A stretch of 63,989 nucleotides of DNA, filler included, from Licmophora abbreviata (taxonomy: Eukaryota), in assembly GCA_900291995.1 (NCBI GenBank). It is 24 parts of 24 records of this genome, joined end to end, with 100 filler letters (N's around TTAATTAATTAA, not from the genome) between each part and the next. Parts side by side here need not be neighbours in the genome. Positions count along the whole stretch, not along the records: positions 59,071 to 60,518 come from OLMU01005898.1; positions 60,619 to 62,849 come from OLMU01005899.1; positions 62,950 to 63,989 come from OLMU01005926.1; 21 more parts are not named here. The stretch is one strand, 5' to 3'. Of this stretch, positions 59,930-63,989 are shown in pieces (position 1 is the stretch's first letter; each line of letters begins with the position of its first letter). The position numbers were made by a program, and so were the translations under genes. The notes under the pieces were generated by a model. It worked only from the letters and a program-made list of their open reading frames with translations, ran no database searches and had not been told where the DNA came from.

Positions 59930-60518
59930 CTAGTGTTCTCCACCATTCGTATTGCTATGATTCCCACCTTGCCCATTCGACTCTTGTCCACCACGTACCG
60001 GTATGTCCGCCACCGTCATATGAATCGACTCTTCCCCCATTGGTATGACAATCGGTTCGTCGTCGATCCGGGATATGCGCATCCCTGGCCCAGACGTAGA
60101 CTCCTCAGCTGCCTCGGCAGCCTCCGCACTATCGCGAGCACATGACTGCGATACAGACCCCCGAGCCGTCGGCGCTTCATCGGAGTTCTGACCCTTGAAG
60201 TCTACCGACGTGGCCTTGGTTACGGAAGTTGCTTCTCCTTGTTGCTGACTGCGCTTTCGCGATGACCACTTCCATCCGTTAAATGGAGAGTGACGCCGTT
60301 CGGTCGTCGGCCGGGACTGCTGCACAGCAGCTCGAAATGCTTCATTTCGCTGGGCGGGAGTTTGATTCTGGTAGGCGCGCTCATAAACTATCTTGGGAAC
60401 AAAGATCAACAGAAGCGTTGCCATACAAATTATGAAGATCATAAACACCAGAATCAAGTAGAACGCTCGCGGAATCTCCCGCACCACAAACAAGATCGGT
60501 AGACCAGTAATACCCGCC
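59930..60518 (-). CDS. C-terminal part (TM6-TM7 and tail) of a class C, GABA-B-like GPCR
   Basis: GLPILFVVREIPRAFYLILVFMIFIICMATLLLIFVPKI, matching the class C TM7 IFxPK signature. Confidence 0.8.
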
Positions 60519-60618
60519 NNNNNNNNNNNNNNNNNNNNNNNNNNNNNNNNNNNNNNNNNNNNTTAATTAATTAANNNNNNNNNNNNNNNNNNNNNNNNNN
60601 NNNNNNNNNNNNNNNNNN

Positions 60619-60859
60619 CGACGCGCGGGGTTCGAGCCATGACCTGGCGCACGACCTCAATTTGCTCCTCTGGGTCGGGGTCGACAGGTCCGATGTAGTC
60701 ACAGGTCACGTTTTCCCCCATCTGCTTCGTCAACTGGTCAGCCTGGTAAATGCATCCCTCCCTTGACCAGTCGAAGAACGGATTGTTCTGCTGCTTGGGA
60801 ATCACAACGAAAGTCTTGCCTGAGTTTCCGCCTGTTTCGGCATCTGTCGCGGTCGCCAT
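60619..60859 (-). CDS. N-terminal periplasmic sugar-binding-protein-like domain (type I PBP); probably the 5' end of the GPCR gene
   Basis: KTFVVIPKQQNNPFFDWSREGC...A..L...CDYIGP...DPEEQIEVV. Confidence 0.7.
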
Positions 60860-61444
60860 TGCAGGGGAGTCAGAATGGGAGATCGTGGGGGTTGCGGGTC
60901 ACCCTTGGGAGCGTAATTTGTGGGAATTAGACGAATAAGTCGCTCAAGAACTCAACAAGCGGATCGTCGATCTGTCGCTGCTAGACTAATGGCCCTGCGT
61001 TGTGTTCGACGTCAATAACTCTTCACGCAGAATGCCTGCAAAGCAAGAGGTATCAGCTGGTAGAAACTGTACTGAAATCTGTGTGGAGAAGAGTACAATT
61101 CGCACGAGCAACATGAGTTCTTGCCAAAACTGCTTCCACACGTGGACACGTCAGTTCTCAAACAACTTTGACATTTTGTGCCCATAAATGCAAACTGTCA
61201 TTGCACTGGAGAGCAGATTGCGATATACAAACGTGCGTCATACGATGACCTTCACATTATTGGGCGTATGTCTGAATTTTCACAGGCTCAGCCGGCCTGC
61301 TCGCTGTACAATCTACGTAACCACCTGTACGTACCAATTTGTACGGGCGGGTACTTGTATGTACGTACCGTGCCTTGTGCTTTGCGCACAGAATTCAAGA
61401 ATGCTCATTCCTGCTTCGGAAGTCGGAAGGATTCGGGGTGCACC

Positions 61445-62849
61445 ATGAGGAATAAACCGCCGTCGATCACGTGGATGGGCCACAAAGAGGAGGGACGTGT
61501 TCACTATGAGAGTCAAGAGTACGAGAAGGCCGTAGCGTCGTACAGGGCTGCCCTGAGCCCGGAGTATGGCTGCCCCGCGACCGAACGCCAGATTCTCCTC
61601 TCGAACATCGTCGCCTGCCGTCTCAAGATGGGAGGTTCCGCTCAGGCAAGCGCTGCCGTCGAGGAAGCCAAGCAGTGCGTGGATCTGAATGAAGAGTGGG
61701 CCAAGGGACACATTCGATTGGCGTCGGCGTACGTTGCGCTGGGCGGCCATAGCAACGACGCCTGCAATTCGCTGCAGAGGGCGCTTGCCATTGATCCGGA
61801 CAACCAGACCGCTCTGCAGATGCTGGCGCGCGAACTGCGGGGAGACCAGCAGACTCAGGCTATCTGTGATCAGACGGGACCACAGCCGGAGGACCAGCAG
61901 CAGGAAGAGCCGCAGCAGGAGGAAGAGGGTGTCGAAAGTGGAGTCGTGGACACGACTCAGTCTTGGACGGGCAAACTCAGGTTGCTCTACATGCAGCGTG
62001 TCGCATCGTACCATGCCCAGTCGGGTTATATCAAGACTCTTCTCAAGTGTTTGGGAGTAATTGTGGTGTATGTGGCACTTGGGGGGCGCTTTGGACTGGG
62101 TTGCTGCTCAACCCGACAGAAGCTTGGCCACTTCGAATCAGGAAACGTGTTCTCGGCGCAGATTGGCGCCAAGCCGCTCTCATACGCCAGCGGCAGGTAC
62201 ACTGGTCCACGCGAAGGGTTGAGTATCGAGGCGCCCCCTCGGCAAACAACGAGCTTGGAGAGTGAACCGCCTTCGTGCGGATGCTGTAGTTCTGCCAGTC
62301 AAGCGCCTTCGACTGCTCAGACCCTCGCTCAGCGACCAGCCAGCGCGGACGATGCATCTGTACGGTATAGCACTGGCAAGTACGCTGCTCCACTTCAAGC
62401 CCTTCCATCTACTAAAACATCCACTCAGCGATCGACCGCCTCGGAGGGCGACTCTCTTTGGTACAGCAGTGGCAAGTACACCGTCCCACGTGAAGATCCG
62501 TCGTCTGCTTCGACCCCTCCTCGGCGATCGGCGGCCGTAGAGGGCGAGTCTCGTTCTCCTTGGTACAGCAGTGGCAGGTATACTGCTCCTCGTGAAGGCT
62601 CCTTGTCTACTGAGACTCTCCCTCGGGGCTCGGTCTCTTCAGAGGATGACTCGAACTCTCCTTGGTACAACACTGTCATGGAGTACATCGTTCCAAACGA
62701 AAGCCCGTCGGCATCTGAGACTCCCCCTCAGAGATCGGCGATTTCAGAAGACGAATCGCCTTGGTACAGCAGCGGTAGGTACCGTGGCTCGTCCTCTTCC
62801 ATGAAGCAACTGGGCAGTCCAGAGGGGGGCGCTCCGTGGTACAGCAGTG
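61445..62849 (+). CDS. TPR-domain (STI1-like) membrane protein with C-terminal WYSSG repeats, 3' end in gap
   Basis: HKEEGRVHY...YEKAVASY, LLSNIVACRLK, WAKGHIRLASAY and ALAIDPDN motifs; TM LGVIVVYVALGG; about seven WYSSG(R/K)Y-like motifs. Confidence 0.82.
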
Positions 62850-62949
62850 NNNNNNNNNNNNNNNNNNNNNNNNNNNNNNNNNNNNNNNNNNNNTTAATTA
62901 ATTAANNNNNNNNNNNNNNNNNNNNNNNNNNNNNNNNNNNNNNNNNNNN

Positions 62950-63551
62950 CTGTGGGTGATAAGGTGGAGTTTACTCGTGCCTTTCTCAAGAGTGTAGACA
63001 TGGGACAGAGCTTTGACGACCACCCGATCTACTTTCTTATGCATGAAAGTATCTACGCAGATGGTCGTAAGTCCTCGCCGACGAACTGGGCCGCTCATCG
63101 TGCATACGAAAATCTCCGGACTCTGGCGGAATACGACTACCGACTCACGTCCAAGCTCGATAGTGACGAGCGCCCAACACTTTTCTTCGGGGAAATGGTC
63201 TTTCCTTGGTTTGCGGATGGAGACTTTGCCGAGGTAAGCGGCCTCGGAATGAGGTCTCTTGCTAGTTCCTTGGCAGAAAAGGCCGATTGGGGTCCACTGT
63301 ACGATGCAGAACACATGAGACGAGTGCTCGACGATGGATCGACATCAAAGGCAGCGGCGGCTCTGTATCTTGATGATATGTACGTCGACTTTGAGGAAGC
63401 AAGAAAGGTCACAGCTCGAGGCGGTCCTCTCGAGAAATGCAAGGTATGGGCTAGCAACGAATATCAGCATTCTGGTCTTCGCGACAATGGAGCTTTCATC
63501 TTTGAAAAGTTGCATGGAATGGCAATCGGTAGCATACGAACGCCAAGCTAG
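62950..63551 (+). CDS. Proline iminopeptidase (alpha/beta hydrolase S33), C-terminal part
   Basis: HPIYFLMHESIY, FFGEMVFPW, DWGPLYD, LYLDDMYVD and NEYQHSGLR motifs. Confidence 0.88.
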
Positions 63552-63572
63552 AGTGCGTTGGCTCAGCTATCC

Positions 63573-63989
63573 TTATCTACTTATCGTGCGACTTCGCTTG
63601 GCGGGTGCCTCCTCGTAGTATTTGTCGACGTGAGACATTGGCTTTCCGAATAGCAACTGCTCTACCCGATGCCACGCTCGATGTCTTCCCATCGCAAGTT
63701 TCCAGCCATTCTGGGCGATCTCAAGACGTCTCTCATCGTTCTTTGGATCAAGGTAGTACCGCAAAAGCTCTTCCAGCGACTCGCCGCTGTCGTATACTAC
63801 AATATTTTGCTTGTGCTCTAGACCATTCGGAAGTCCATGCATTGCGTCAGTCATGACGAGTGCCCCGCTGACGAGCGAGTCGAACAATCGATAGTGATCT
63901 TCCCATTCGTCGTGCTGCGCAACTACCACAATCTTGGTGGACAAGAGGCCCTCTATGTACTCTGGCTGAGTTTCATTGTGGAACAAATC
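63573..63989 (-). CDS. C-terminal part of a GT-B glycosyltransferase (Glyco_trans_1_2/CgeB-like)
   Basis: WEDHYRLFDSLVSGALVMTD and LRYYLDPKNDERRLEIAQNG...HRAWHRVE. Confidence 0.75.
   Translation of the reverse strand, partial: DLFHNETQPEYIEGLLSTKIVVVAQHDEWEDHYRLFDSLVSGALVMTDAMHGLPNGLEHKQNIVVYDSGESLEELLRYYLDPKNDERRLEIAQNGWKLAMGRHRAWHRVEQLLFGKPMSHVDKYYEEAPAKRSRTISR

Overview
Eukaryotic nuclear DNA from a diatom, probably a raphid pennate. Evidence: an Lhcr/FCP gene, bipartite 'ASAF'-type plastid presequences, short GT-AG introns, compact gene spacing and diatom-type PSxxPS/RXL secreted proteins. The window is 24 sequence segments joined by 23 artificial 100-bp spacers (N44-TTAATTAATTAA-N44). 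Several genes run across spacers, and one junction has a 52-bp overlap, so the segments are at least partly in genomic order. Housekeeping genes include an SLC38-type amino-acid transporter, Lhcr, adenylosuccinate synthetase, an E2 enzyme, a SET protein, two elongases, PCNA, an ELMO protein, OHP2, DVR, an SMP protein, a bestrophin, proteasome alpha2, a lumenal thioredoxin and a proline iminopeptidase. The most unusual content: (1) a tandem pair of plastid-targeted disordered proteins built from Tyr-Leu 'YLxxL' repeats, one with a membrane anchor, which are candidate condensate or pyrenoid linkers; (2) a ~10-kb cluster of secreted RXL/Lys-Gly-Ser silaffin-like and single-TM proteins, a candidate biosilica or cell-wall locus that includes a pseudogene; (3) a mucin-stalked, bacterial ExeM/NucH-like nuclease; (4) a very large GHKL-ATPase/HEXXH protein; (5) a sugar-binding-protein/class C GPCR fusion; (6) a Tc1/mariner-like remnant. 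I recognised no rRNA, tRNA or CRISPR array. All homology calls come from motif recognition by eye, not database searches.
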